A stretch of 64,000 nucleotides of DNA, taken from the NCBI RefSeq assembly GCF_902713615.1, contig NC_052163.1, positions 22,764,248-22,828,247 of the forward strand, written 5' to 3'. The notes beneath the pieces were generated by a model. The model worked only from the letters and a program-made list of their open reading frames with translations, ran no database searches and was not told where the DNA came from. The translations under genes were made by a program, and so were the position numbers. Every line of letters begins with the position of its first letter. Positions within the stretch are counted from its first letter, which is position 1. Shown here piece after piece: positions 24,701 to 38,085 of the stretch. Source of the stretch: Scyliorhinus canicula (taxonomy: Eukaryota).

Positions 24701-25070
24701 TGGAATATTGTGTGCCGTTTTGGTCTCCTTATCCAAGGAAGGATGCTCTTGCTATAGCGGGAGTTCCATGAAGATTTACCAGACTGATTTCTGGGACGGC
24801 AGGACTGACGTCCTAGGAGAGATTATGTAGGTTAAGATTATATTCGCTGAGTTTCGAGCAATGATGAGGAATCTCAAAGGATTTAGAGATGTAGTTCTTA
24901 ATTTTGTTAATTTTAAATTTGAAATAGATACATTTTTGTTCAGCAAAGATATTAAGGAATGTGGGCCAAAGGCAGGCAAAAGAAGTTAGGCCACAGATCA
25001 GCCATAATTTTCATTGAAAGGTGGGGCAGGCCCGAAGGACCAAATTACCTACTATTTACTATGTTACTAT
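21740..25070 (+). mobile_element. Degenerate CR1 LINE with 5' UTR, ORF1 remnants (Cys finger, SGNH esterase) and internally deleted ORF2; MITE inserted
   Basis: CSSCTMW..RTC, IVIGDSI..R, VVVHIG; DWRVANVTPLFKK, NYRPVSLTS. Boundaries approximate. Confidence 0.85.
23390..24073. mobile_element. GC-rich MITE, PIF/Harbinger-like, in CR1
   Basis: TIR gggcggaattctcc / ggagaatttcgccc; 3-bp TSD cat. Removing it restores the CR1 sequence aaatcatgcctgacaaa. Confidence 0.87.
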
Positions 25071-25941
25071 GATTGTTGGAGCTTCTAGAACCTTTGCTGA
25101 ACCTCAGCAGATCATGGTGGAGTTTTCCACACTCCGCATAGAGTGCCTGGATGAGCCGAGGGAGCCAGCATGTAGCTCACAGGCTGTACGGTCGGGTTTT
25201 CTCTTCAGATAATCATGCACTCTGTGATCAAAGGAGATCTGAAGGTATAAGCCAGGGAAAACCGGCAGCCAGGATTTTCCTGGGCTCTTTTTTTTCCACC
25301 CCCCTCCCCCACCCAATAGAGCTCCAAAGAGTCTGGTCCCAGGGCCTTGCCAGGGGGCAGTGCCTGGGTACTGCCTGGGCATGTGTTTCAGCCCCCCCCC
25401 ACCACCACCAAGGAGCTGGACCCTACCAGTGTGCCCCAAGTGGGTTTCTTTTGCCTGGTTCCCAGACTTCGAAAACCAGTTGTAAACCTCTCCGAAAGGA
25501 CGATATGGCGGGGAATATGGTGCATCCTCGGTCTGCGCACACGTGGCAAACGTGGGCGGGAAATCACTGCACGTGTGCCAGCTCTCGCCTGCTGTAGTTC
25601 CACTGGGGTTTATGAAGGTGGAATGTGTATAACCTCCATGGAATCTGTGGAATATCCAGAGATAGACCACTCGGTAATATAAAGGGATGAACAGGAGATT
25701 CAATATGGCCTCGATACCAGAAAGGTATGACTAATGCATGGAAACCCATAGATTGTACCCTAAATATTTATGTTCGTTCAGGAATCACGGAACTTTCATT
25801 TTCTGCCCCAGGTATTTTGAGGAAACTTTATTTTGAAGCTGGTGTTGTAGAAGAGAATAATTTCTCTCACCGCCACTTTTATGCGTTTTATCTTTAACCG
25901 TATTATGGTTATGATCCGTGTAAATTTTTCTTCTGCAATAG

Positions 25942-26049
25942 GTACGTAAATATTGGATCCCTGGCTTTCAGCAGAGACTCTCAGTTCCTTTCAGCATCAA
26001 GCAATACAGAAACTGTTCACATCTTCAAACTTGAACAGCCCAGCCAGAG
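25942..26049 (+). CDS. WIPI1: WIPI1 exon 8 equivalent, [35 protein letters not shown]
   Basis: caatag| acceptor, |gtacag donor, 108 nt, phase 2-2. [12 protein letters not shown] motif. Confidence 0.95.
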
Positions 26050-28001
26050 GTACAGTAATTGCTCAACATGTTGCCTGCTAAGAATGAACTAAACATTCAT
26101 GTTACTTCCTATCGGGCTGGTGAGGACCAAAGCCCAGACTGATATAGGTTGTTATTTCAGCATAGGCTTTGCTACATAAGTTCAGATAGTTTATACCTGA
26201 CTCATTCACTCTGTCATCTTGTTTACACCATGTCTCCAGATTCCGTGCCTCTCAATCTTAGTACAAAAAGAGATTTGTATAAATAGTCAGTCTGGATATC
26301 TGGCCACTTTATTCAAGAAAATACTAGCATACGTATTCAGGGAATTAATGTGAAATTACTTAATAGAAAGATTAAGCAAAAATAGAAAGATCAAGCAAAA
26401 ATGAACTCTCGGCAACCCCATCTGAGTCTTGAGTTATTTTGCCTATGTTCCTGCGAGAGTAATTGTTTGCTAAATATGTTGCTCGACACTGGCAATATGT
26501 GAGTTAAATCTGTATTGAATCAGCCCGCCAGTAATCAGGAGAGGAGCACCTTCATCAGCAATTGCATTCTCTTTACGTGGCTGTGAGGTGCCTTACTGTC
26601 TATATAGGGGTGGCAAATTGGAAAAGTAGTTAGCATTGCTGTCTCACGGTGCCAGGGGTCCAGGTTCAATTCCGGCCTCGGGTGACTGTCGGTGTGGAGT
26701 TTGCAAGTTTCCCGGTGTCTGCGTGGGTTTCCTCCAGGTGCTCCGGTTTCCCCTCCAGTGATGTGTAGGTTAGATGGGGTTATGAGGTTATGTGCATAGG
26801 GCAGGAGCGAGGGCCTAGGTAGAGTGCTCTATTAAGGGCCGGCGCAGACTTGGTGGGCCGAATGGCCGCCTCCTGCACTGTGGGGATTCTTTGGTGCACG
26901 ATAGACTCACCTTTCACACACAGAAGCAAAGACCACCTTATTACATAATCACCCTGTTGACTGCATGTGTGTATATGTTGACAATGGATAGAGACAATCG
27001 GCAAGGAAAGGATTGGGTTTGTCTGTTTTGGATCCATCTACATGTCCATTGTTCTGGTTGTAGAGAATGGGCAAGATACCAGAGATCCATCAACAATCAG
27101 AACTATTTACCTTTGGGGCAAAGGGAATAATTGGATCATAGAATTTAAGCACAATGAAGGAGACCAAATGGCCTTTCTTGCCAGTCCTGGCGTTTTGAAA
27201 GCTGCCAAATTGCTTCCATTCCTCTGATCTTTTCTTATACCTTGCAATTTTTTTGCTAACCGTTTAGAGAATTACTGTTGAACTTGCGTCCATGACCATT
27301 TCAGACACAACCTTGCTGAGTAAAAGTAAATCTCTTCCTTTGCTCCCTGGTTCTTCGTTAATTATCTTAAATAGGAGGATGGAATTGGACACCAGGATGT
27401 AACATTAGAAAGGGGAAATAAGGTGCAAAAAGGATTGGGGAGAGAGATAGCATTAGAATAAGAAATTGTACAGTATTTGGTGGGATCAAACTAAGACAAT
27501 ACAGAAAGGTCTAAGATAGGCTTACAGTGCATGTGTGTAAATGCACAGGCAAGGTTGGTAAGCTGCAGATACATATTGTTACATGAGGATTTTTTGTCAT
27601 CATTCCAAAAAAGGGCAGGATTGGGCACTAAATATGCCTGTAACTGAGAAGGATGGGAAGGAAAGAAAGGAAGGAGAGTTGGTAGTATTTATTAAAGAGA
27701 GTATGAAGTATGGAGAGACAGAGAGGATGCTCCAGAGGGGTCCAGGACAGAATCTATTTGGCTTGTGTTAAGAAACAGCCTAACACTACTTTGTATATTC
27801 TGTAGGCCACCATTGGTGGGTAGGAGCAAATGTACAGGGAAATTAGTAACTAGTGCAAAGAAATAGTGATGTTGGGGGATATAAATTATCGTAATATAGT
27901 GTCTGTAATTGTAACCAACTAAAGGGAAGAGGGGGGAAGCATTTTTGAAGTGTGTCCAGGACGGCCTCTCACCTATCTCGAAACAAAATATTTTTTTTGA
28001 G

Positions 28002-28610
28002 TGTTATGGGCCAGGGTTTAGAGAACCCCAAAGTGGAGTTCACCTGACCCACAACTTTGAATAGATTGTGGTATGGGGAGCACACGGCCCACTCTACAGG
28101 TGTGGTGCAGCAGACATCTAACAGTATTATTTTAAAGCAAAACAATGTTTATCCTATGAACTCAAGTTAACCTTTTTAAAACATACAGTGAACATCTTAG
28201 CAACCATCAATTCAAATACAACCCCCAAAGACTACAACACTAAGTAATCCTTACTTTCCTTTCATAAGACATAAAAAAAACCTCTCAACAGAAGCACATC
28301 AGGTTTAAATTCACTACTGAGAACAGTTATCACTGAATTCACCAAATGATCAAGAGATAGTCTTTACATGGCAGAGAGATCAACATTACACTTTCTGTAG
28401 CTGACTGCAGCTCCAACAGTGAAACGAAACCAAAAAAGCACAGGCACACCCAAGCTTTTTCTCAAAGTGAAACTAAAAGCTGACAGACAGTCCAGCTCCA
28501 CCCACACTCTGACATCACTGAAGTAATAAACACCAATTTCTTAAAGGTACACCCACTACAGTTAACCTATAAAAAAAACACCCATTTCTGAAAGATACTC
28601 TCACATGACA
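28002..28610. mobile_element. Solo LTR of a different family
   Basis: tgttatg...catgaca inverted ends; 5-bp TSD ttgag (27997-28001 and 28611-28615). Confidence 0.82.
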
Positions 28611-29099
28611 TTGAGTAATTTGTATATGTGGATATTAGAAATAAAGTGCATCTTTAGGTTTAATTTTGTGTTTCTGTGTAAGGGTTAAAAACTTAGCTTC
28701 ATGTTAAACAAAGGTCCTGCAATGTAATTATAGGTTTATGACTTGAAAACAAACAGGAGTTAAAGAAAGGCTAGGCTCTTGTTTTGTAACCAGTGGCCCA
28801 CACTGAAAAGTATAAGCACTTGTGGTTCAGTTGGAACCAGGTACCTGAGAAGAAAGTGGCTCTCGCAGAAACGGCAAGCACCGAGGCAGGACAACAGAGT
28901 AAGGGGAAGAAACTAAGTTCTAGGGAATGACGTGGGTCAAGAGGATCAGTTATCATTAGGGGAGCATTTAAGAAACATTGATTGTAGCATCATATGAATT
29001 AGGAGAAGGAGTAGGCCATTTTCCCCCTCGTGCCTACACTGCCATTTGTTAAGATCACGGCTAATTTGGTTCTCTCGACTCAATCCTTGGATGAAAGGC

Positions 29100-31060
29100 T
29101 TATCCTAGGAAGAAAGGAGGAACAGGTTGGGCCTGTACACATTAAAGTTTAGACGAATGAGAGGCGATCTGATTGAAATGTATAAGATCCTGATGGGACT
29201 TGACAGGATGGACACTGGAGGCTGTTTCCACTCGTGGGCAAGACCAGAACTAGCGAACAAAGGTTAAGAATATGAAATGAGGGCAGCACGGTGGCGCAGT
29301 GGGTTAGCCCTGCTGCCTCACGGCGGCAAGGTTCCAGGTTCGATCCCGACTCTGGGTCACTGTCCGTGTAGAGTTGGCACATTCTCCTCATGTCTGCGTG
29401 GGTTTCGCCCCCACAACCCAAAGATGTGCAGAGTAGGTGGATTGGCCACGTTAAATTGCCCCTTAATTAGAAAAAAATAATTGGGTACTCTAAATTTATA
29501 AAAAAAAGAATATGAAATGAGGAGAATTGTTTTCTCTCAATAAGGTCATTGATCTCTGGAATTCTCTTCCCCTGAGAGTAGTGGAGGAATGGGTCATTAA
29601 ATTTATTCAAGGCTGAGTTAGACAGATTTTTGACAGACAAGGGAGTTGAGTTATAGGGGATAGATAGGAAAATGGACTTGAGACAACACGCACATTCTTA
29701 TTGAATGGCGGAACAGGCTTGAAGGGTCATATGGCATCCTCCTCCTAAGTCACATGTTTCTGGTGAAAGGGAATGGAATATAAATGTAGGGAGGTTTTGT
29801 TACAGTTGTAGAGGGCATGGGTGAGACCATATCTGGAGTTGTGTACTGTTTTGAGAACTTGAGAAAATATATAATTGCATTAGAAACAGTTCAGAGAATG
29901 TTCATGAAGGGGTTATCTTTTGAAGAAAGGTTGGGCCTGTATCTATTGGAGTTTAGAAGAATGAGAGATGAGCTTATTGAAACAAATACTACTGAGTGGA
30001 TGCTGAGAAGATGTTTCCCCTGATGGGTGAGGCTAGAATTAGGGGACACAATTTAGAAGGAAAGGATCTCTCATGTAAGATGGAGATGGGATTTTTATTT
30101 TCTCCGATGGTTGTTAATCTGTGAATTTGCTTCCCTACACAGCAGTGGAAGCAGGATAATTTAGTATTTTTTAAGACGGAGTTAGATCTATTTTTAATTG
30201 ACAACGGAGTCAAAGGATATAGGAGGTAGAGCGGAAAGTTGAGTTGAGACCACAATCGGTTCAGTCATGATCTTATCAAATGGTGGAGCAGGCTCAAAGG
30301 GTCGAATGGCCTATTCCTCCTCATTCATGTGTTCGTTTGTAAAAATGCTTAATTGAGCAAGGGCCAAATTCAGCAGGTTAGAATTTTACCCAGGTAAACT
30401 GGAAACGAAGATTAGCCCGCAAAATTGCAATCGAGCAATGGCAGCCTTTAAAGAGCAGATGGTTTGGATGCATTCCCACGAGGACGAGAGGTAGAGCAAT
30501 CAAAACCTGAGCTCCCTGGATGATGAAAGAAAGAGAAATATGAATGAGAAAAGGGGGTATGTGAGGCAGGGGTCAGGTTGATAATGCAACTGAGAACCAG
30601 GTTGAAATTGGAAAGTTTGGACAGAATCCATATGGGTTGCTGAGGTAAGGTTGGTCATTATAGAGGCATTGGCCGTCACCTTTTAATACTGAGAGAGAGG
30701 GGGGGGGAAGGAGAAAGAAAGAGAGAAACTGTTCCCTTTGGTAGAAGGGTCTGTGATCACCACAGGGTCAAGAATCAAAGGAGACAGATTTGAGGTGATT
30801 GGCAAAAAAGCAAAGGGGGCGTTGGGGGGGGGGGGGGAAATGCAGCGATTGGTCATAATCTGGAGTGTACCACCTGAATAGGTAGTGGAGGTAAATTCTA
30901 TTAACGCTTTCAAATGGGAAGTGTGAGAACAGAAAACATTTTGGGGTTTTGGGGAAGGTTGGGAGAGTTCAATTTGCTGGATGGCTCTTGCAGTGAGGCA
31001 ACACAGTCTTAATGGATCAAGTTGCCTTATTCTGTGCTTGAACTATTCTTTATTTCTGTG
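29100..31060 (+). mobile_element. Cluster of CR1 3' fragments
   Basis: Repeated LEFRRMR.DLIE motif and CR1 tail sequences; boundaries approximate. Confidence 0.7.
29281..29505 (+). mobile_element. A-tailed variant of the same SINE head. Other copies at about 20014-20230(-), 49855-50058(-), 52110-52240(-), 57702-57928(+)
   Basis: Same head, but ends ccccttaattggaaaaaataattgggtactctaaattt(a)n. TSDs aagaatatgaaatga (29266-29280 and 29506-29520) and aaagaaataaaaagga (57686-57701 and 57929-57944). Confidence 0.88.
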
Positions 31061-32022
31061 ACCCACTCTCTTGCCAAGGAAAACTGTTTCCCCCTACACA
31101 TTCAAAACACTACATAATTTTGAACACTTTTAAATATCCTTTAGCTTTCTTTGTTCCAAGTGCAAGATTCTAGCTTCTGTAGCCTCGCCACTCAAAATGG
31201 CCCACTTGTTCATGTAGGTCAGAGACACGGGCACCAATATCTACCAGGAGGAGGTTGGAGGAGAGAGAGCAGCTTTGCATTGGGGTTAGAAGAATGGGCC
31301 AGGTCCAGCTAAATTTAAAAGCAGATCTGAATGGCGTTTTTGTTTTGGTTTCTATTTCCCTTTGTCGTCAGGCCAGCCGGTGAACAGAGAGTAGGCATTG
31401 GGAGGGATTGGAAAGGCAGGGGTGGAGGGTAGATTGGAGGCCGAGGCACGGAGAGAGGAATCGGAAAAATTTCAGAGGGATGCAAGGGGATCGGGAAAGT
31501 CGGAGCAGATTGAGCTATTTGAGGGAAGCACTCAAAGCCGTGCCTGAAAGGTGCTTTACCTGTTGGTTCCAGCAGCTCTCAAATCTCCCATTGTAGGATC
31601 TGGGGTTATGAAGAATGGGAAACCTGGCTGGCCAGAGTCTTTTAAATTGAGTCAACTAAAATCTAAGGCTTTTGTAGACTTACTCAAATGTTGAACGGAC
31701 CTCTTTCCTGAGAATGGGTCGCTTATTCCCATACCGTCTCCCCCCCCCCCCCCCCCCCCTCCCCCACCCCTAAATCGCACACAAAATCTCACACACCCAC
31801 GATCGCCACCACAACCAAACTCTTAACATCCTGCCCTTCTTAAAAGCGGAAGTGGGTCTGACATTTTCAACATTTCAAATATTATAGCTGATCCAAACCC
31901 ATGCGTTTTTGAGGGGTTAAAATTCTCCCCACTGTAGCTGAGAGACATGAGAATATTTTGAGGAGTGTTTGAAATGTGTAATATTCCAAATGTATAAAAT
32001 AAATAGTGCAAAATACTCTTTC

Positions 32023-32055
<33 letters not shown>

Positions 32056-33326
32056 ACCAATCTTACTACTATTTAAAAAATATTATTCAACTGCAATGTG
32101 TAAATTTTCCACACTCACTTTAAATCCCAGATCAGGCATTTACAGGGTTCCAAGCAAAAATCTTTAATCATTCAACTGAAAGGGGCAGTAGCAGTTTCTG
32201 CACCCTAACTGCAGGACCGTTTTTCTTTTTGCTGCAGTGCATTTTTCCACCACAAAGAGACACTACATAACCTTTTTTATTTTATCTGTTATCCTGCGTA
32301 AAATTGGGACCAATCAAAATGAGCCACACATCCGGTAACTCTGCTGATTTAGTAATAGATTGTGCAGTCGTGCGCTCAATTATAAACTTCCCTGAGACCA
32401 GCAAACTTCCTGTCTCAACCTATCTTTGTTAGCAAGATATCAGAGAAAGCAAATCAATAGGGGCGAACCCTGTTCTCTCAGAAAATATGAACACTTGTTT
32501 ATCACTTGGTTGCCTAGTAACTTTGAATCTATACGGTGGACTCCTGGCATAGAAACTTTTAGTTTTTTTTTAGGCGTCTCAGCCAGGTGGCTTCCTTCGA
32601 CAGTGCCGACCAAACCGTGATCATTGCCACCTGGAAGGACTAGGGCAACACGTGGCAGCACCAGCAACTCCAAGTCATGCATCATCCTAACTTGAAAATA
32701 TATCGTTGTCCTGTCCCTGTTGCTGGGTCAAAATCCAGGAACTCCCTCCTGCTAAAAGATTAGCGGTTTCAAGAAAGTGACTCACCAGCAAGGGAAAATT
32801 AGGGATGGGTAATTGATGCTAGCCTTGTAAGTGACACCTGTATCCCGTGAATGGATAAAAGGAATTCCCGTTCCCCCAAGCGCAGATTGGGCACAGCCTT
32901 TGAGAAGGTCACCGTATTCTCAGTCTGCTGTTACACTGGTCTGTAACCAAACACCTTCCTTGACTCAAAGCCACATTGAGTCCTTTGACTGAGGCACCTG
33001 GTTAGACATTGTACAAAAGGTGCTCAAAATCACCAGGGAACTGGAAGAGGAATGTGCAAACTAAACAAAAGCAAACATTTAATTCTCTGTCTTGATAATG
33101 GCCCTTATTGATGTTGTAGTTGGAGTTGTTTCACTATCTTGTAGAAAATGACAAATAGCATTAATGTACTGCTGCATTGCACAGGTGTGACCTGTCACAG
33201 TCTCTTTAGTAGGTTTGACCTTGCATTCATTTGCATTGAGCAGAAAAGAAAAATAATACTCGGATAATGCACACTGACATACACAATGTCGAGTCCATGA
33301 TCTCTGAAATTTGGTCTTGTTTACAG

Positions 33327-33494
33327 CAAGCCCCAGGAGGAGTCTCCAACTTGGAGTGGATATATGGGGAAGATGTTTATGGCAGCCACTAACTACCTCC
33401 CTACCCAGGTATCGGGCATAATAAACCAGGATCGGGCATTTGCCACAGTACGCCTCAACTTCTCTGGGCAAAGGAGCATCTGTATGCTTACTAT
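33327..33494 (+). CDS. WIPI1: WIPI1 exon 9 equivalent, (S)KPQEESPTWSGYMGKMFMAATNYLPTQVSGIINQDRAFATVRLNFSGQRSICMLT
   Basis: ttacag| acceptor, |gtgagt donor, 168 nt. Contains the blade-6 amphipathic loop WSGYMGKMFMAATNYLP. Confidence 0.95.
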
Positions 33495-34679
33495 GTGAGT
33501 AGACATACCACCAAAGGCCAGGTGCCTGCTGAAGCTTGTAATTTTTGTAACTGTAGCTTATTAGCATTTTAAGCTCAAGCATCATCTGGGGCTGAAAAGG
33601 GTTTGGTCTCGTGCCATCACTCAGTAATGCTGGGATGTCAGTGTGTCATGGCTGATCATTTGTTCCCTTAACCCCATGATTCTGATAGCCCCTCACCCCC
33701 TCCCTTGTAGGTAACTCAGCCTTGAATGTATTCAACTACCCAGCCTCCACTGCTTTGGTGTAGAGAATGCCAAGGATTAACGACCCTCGGAGAAAACAAA
33801 TCCTCATCTGTGTTTATTAAAGACCCCTTATTTTGAAACTTAGTCCCCTGGATATAGATTCTTCTATGAAGGGAAACACCCTTTCAGCGTCTGCTCTGTC
33901 AAGTCCCTGTCAGAATCTTGAATGTCTCAATATAATATCGTGTCTCATTTTTCTAAACTCCCATGGCTGTATTGGTCAACCTGCAGTCATCTGGGTGCGG
34001 TCTCAGTAATTGCCTGTACAGCTGTAGAGAGGTTTTTCTATTTTTATGCTCCATCCTTCTTTCAGTAAAGGTCAATGGTAATTTGCCTACCTGATTACTT
34101 GCCAAACCTGCCGGCTAATCTTCTGTGAATCGTGTGCGAGGATATCTGGATTCCTCGGTAACTCCGCACTCTTCGGTTTCTCTCAAATTTTTTCTCCCCC
34201 CTCTCCTTGAGAACTCTCAATCCACACCCTGAATACCCCCTGTGTAACCTTTCTCTCTCTCTCTCCAAGAACTCCCCAAGGTGTGGTGTGATGGAAGGAT
34301 TTTGTGGGCTGATTAACCACCTACTTTGAACCACACAAACACTCACTGAACAACAAGTCCTGAACTGGGACTTGAAATTGGGACTTTCAAGCTCAGAGAT
34401 AGGAGCACTACCAACTGAATTACTCGGACTCGGGTAGTTAAAAGTGGTCGCTGCCGGTGGTATCCAGGCCAGAGAAGCAGTAAGTGGGGGATTTTAAAAA
34501 CGATTTATAGTCCCCACCCTTTCACAAGGGGCTGAGAAGGAAATCATTGGATATAGAAGGGGTTGGTCTGCCCTGGGCAATCCTTCCCCTTCCCTAATGC
34601 AATATCCCCAACGTTGTGGTGAGGGTGGGGAGGGGTGTGTGTTGGGCAGGCAAAGGACTGTCTAAATAACACTGACTCG

Positions 34680-36970
34680 GCCAGGAGGTGAGTTACTCGC
34701 CGTATGACCTGCTCTGGTAGCCACGGTATTAATATGGCTAGTCCAGTTCACTTTCTGAACCATGGTAACCCCCAGGATGTTGATTGTGGGGGATTCAGCA
34801 ATGGTAATGCTATTGAATGTCATGGGGCAATGGTTAGATCCTCTCTTGTAGGAGATGGTCATTGCCTGACACTTGTGTGGCACAAATGTACCTTGCCAGA
34901 GCCTGGATATTGGTGAGATCTTGCTGCACTTGGATGTGGACTGCTTCATTATCCAAGCAGTTGCAAATTGTGCTGAACATTGTGCAGTCATCTGCGAACA
35001 TCCCACTTCTTATTTTATGACGGAAGGGAGGTCATTGATGAAGCAGCTGAAGATGGTTGTACCTAGATCCACTACCCTGAGGAACACCTGCAGTAAGGTC
35101 CTGGAGCTGAGATGATTGCCCTCCAATCACCACAACCATTTTCCTCTGGGCCAGGTATGACTCCAACCAGCAGAGAGTTTTCCCCCTGATTCCCATTGAC
35201 TCCAGTTTTGAAAGGGCCCCTTGATGCCATGCTCGGTTAAATGCTGCCTTAATGTCAAGGGCAATCACTCTCACCTCAACTCTGGAATTCAGCTCTTTTG
35301 TCTATGTTTGAACCAAGGCTGTAATGAGGTCAGGAGCTGAGTGGCCCTGGGGATCACAAACGGAGTGTCTATGAGCAGGTTATTGTTGAGTAAGTGCTGC
35401 TTGATAGCACTCCTTCATCACGTCGCTGATGATGGAGAGTAGACTGATAGGGCAGTAATTGGCTGGGTTAGATTTGTCATGTTTCTTGTGTGCTGGTTAC
35501 ACCTGGGCACTTTTCCACATTGAAGGGTTGAAGCCAGTGTTGTAGCTGTACCAGAACTGCTTGGCTAGGGGTGTGGCAAGTTCTGGAAAACAAATCCTCA
35601 GTACTAATACTGGAATATTGTCAGGGCCCATATCACATACCCTTTGCAATATCCATCGCCTTCAGCCATTTCTTGCTGTCACATGGACTGAATTGCTTTG
35701 GCTGAAGACTGACATCTGTGCTGCTGGGGACCTCCGGAGGAGACTCAGATCGATCATCCACTTGGCACCTCTGTCTGTCTGAAGATGGAGGCCCCTCCAT
35801 CATTGAGGATGTGGATATTTGTGGAGTCTCCTCCACGAGTTGTTAAATTGTCCACCACCATTCACAGCTGGATGTGGCAGGACTACAGAGTTTAGATCTG
35901 ATGTTGTAGAATCTCTTGGCTCTGTCTAGTAATTGCTGCTTATTCTGTTTGGCACGCAAGTAGTCCTATATTGTAGCTTCACCAGGTAGACACCTAATTT
36001 TTAAGTATGCCTGGTGTTGCCCCTGGCATGTTCTCCTGCACTCTTCATTGAACCGGTGGTGATCCCCTATCTTGGTGGTAATGGTCGAGTGGGGGAAATG
36101 CCGGGCCATGAGGTTGCAGGTTGTGGCTGTTGCTGATGGTCCACAGCGACTCATCGGTGCCCAGTCTTGAGTTGCTAGATCTGTTTGAAGTTTATCCCAT
36201 TTCGCTCGGTAGTGCCACACAACACAGTGGAGTGAATTCTCAATGTGAAGATGGGACTTTGTCTCCACAAGGACTGTGTGGTGGCCACATCCACCGATAC
36301 TGTCATGGGCGGATGTATCTGCAGCAGGCAGGTTGGTGAGGATATGGTCAAGTATGTTTTTTACCACCTGCTGCAGTCCCAGTCCAGCAGCTATGTCCTT
36401 TAGGACCTGACCAGCTCGGTCTGCGCTGATGCTACCGAATCACATTTGGCGATGGACATTGAAGTCCCCCAGAGTATATTCTGTGCCATTTTTACCCTCA
36501 GTGCTTCTTCCAAGTGGTGTTCAACATGGAGTACTGATTCATCAGCTGATGGTGGACAGTATGTGGTAATCAGCAGGAGGTTCATGGGGTCCAGAGTCGA
36601 TGTTGAGGGCAAACACTGCCTTTATACCCAACATGTGGGTATGTCAGCAGTGTTTGTCGTTGTCGTTTCCAATGCTCAGCTTGATGCCAGCTGGCCTGTC
36701 CGGTTTTGTTCCTTTTTTGTGTTTTTGTAGCGGTTGACTACAACTGAGTGGCTTGCTAGGCCATTTCAGAGTCAACCACATGGAGCCACATGTAGGTCAG
36801 GCCAGGTAAGGATTCCCTTCCCTAAAGGGCATTTTATATTGATCATCAATTTAATTTAATTGAGTTTAAATTCCACCATTCGCATTTAGGGTGGGATTTG
36901 CACCCGGGTCCCCAGACCATTACCCCGGGTCTCTGGATTACTAGTTCAGTGATTATGCCATCGCCTCTCC
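34680..36970 (-). mobile_element. Second CR1/L2-group LINE family (family B): EN and RT remnants preceded by a tRNA-like head
   Basis: TTYCPPSAD, LDHILTNL, DH-type EN motif, ALDIKAAFNRAWHQG, AGVPQGS. Head at about 36740-36970. Confidence 0.8.
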
Positions 36971-37262
36971 AGGCTATTTTGTTTTTTCAGGAACTTGCGT
37001 GTTCAAATTGGTTGCCACATTTGGACTTTCTGAGGACATGAAAGATTTCAGATTAATTTGGTCTCTATACTTATTATTTTTCTTGCACTGTTAATAATGA
37101 AAGTATAAACATGTTCTTTGAAACGTATTTATGATCAATAAGTGGAGGATGGTGAGAAAACCATCCCAAACTATATTTTAGGCCATGCAATGTTGGTAAA
37201 TAGTGTTAAATATATTGCTGTATGGTTTGGGGGCTTAGTAAATGCATTCTTTTGGCGAACAG

Positions 37263-37370
37263 GATTCAGAAGTTACCTCGGCTTCTTGTTGCTGCCTCAG
37301 ATGGATTCCTGTACATTTACAACTTAGACCCTCATGATGGTGGTGAATGTGTTCTCATAAACAGACACAG
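37263..37370 (+). CDS. WIPI1: WIPI1 exon 10 equivalent, (M)[35 protein letters not shown]
   Basis: gaacag| acceptor, |gtgagt donor, 108 nt. Confidence 0.95.
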
Positions 37371-38085
37371 GTGAGTGTTTGTTCTCCATTTTACAATGAG
37401 TTCTTAGAAAATTAAGAACTGCTGATTTAACTGCTGAGTACCTAAAGAATCTGACTGCAGCACACATGGCGCACTCTGCGTTTGCTTGTTGCAAAAAGGT
37501 CAGGAACAGAATGCATTTACAGGCACCACAGTGCAAAATATACCTGTGCCATATAATCTCTATTGTACTTACACTGGTGTTTGAAAGTCCAATCAATTAT
37601 TTATTTTATATAGATCCAAGGAAGAGTACATCACACTACTTATGGATTGTTTTCTGATTTATCACCTTCTAGACAACAGCAGTGAACCTCCATGTCCTGT
37701 CTTCTTTAAATAAGGCTGCCATTAAAAATATTTGTGCAGTTGACTGGAGTAGTTAGTACTCTAAACATGCATGTTGATTTTAGTTGGGGATTTTGTGGCT
37801 TTTGATGCGTTGTCTTACTGATAGGAGTATCAACCTTTATTTAGAAATTTCCCGCCTTATAATCTATTACTACTTGGTTAACCTCCAGTTATGTGTGAAG
37901 GTTGAAAAATGAACCCGACAATTAAATTTGCCTACCAGTTGAGTTGTTGTCTGTCTTCGATCCTCCAGTGGCTTTGCAGAATTTTCTTTATTTTATTGCT
38001 AGTCAAATGAGCTGATACATTTGGGGAAGAGTTAGATTTTCCATTGGATGAAAGGGGTCATGTCAGGGTCACCCTTCTTTATGAC

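Noticed and set aside
29281-29350. tRNA genes at SINE heads
   Set aside because: A/B boxes are present but run into SINE bodies; no complete cloverleaf is supportable.
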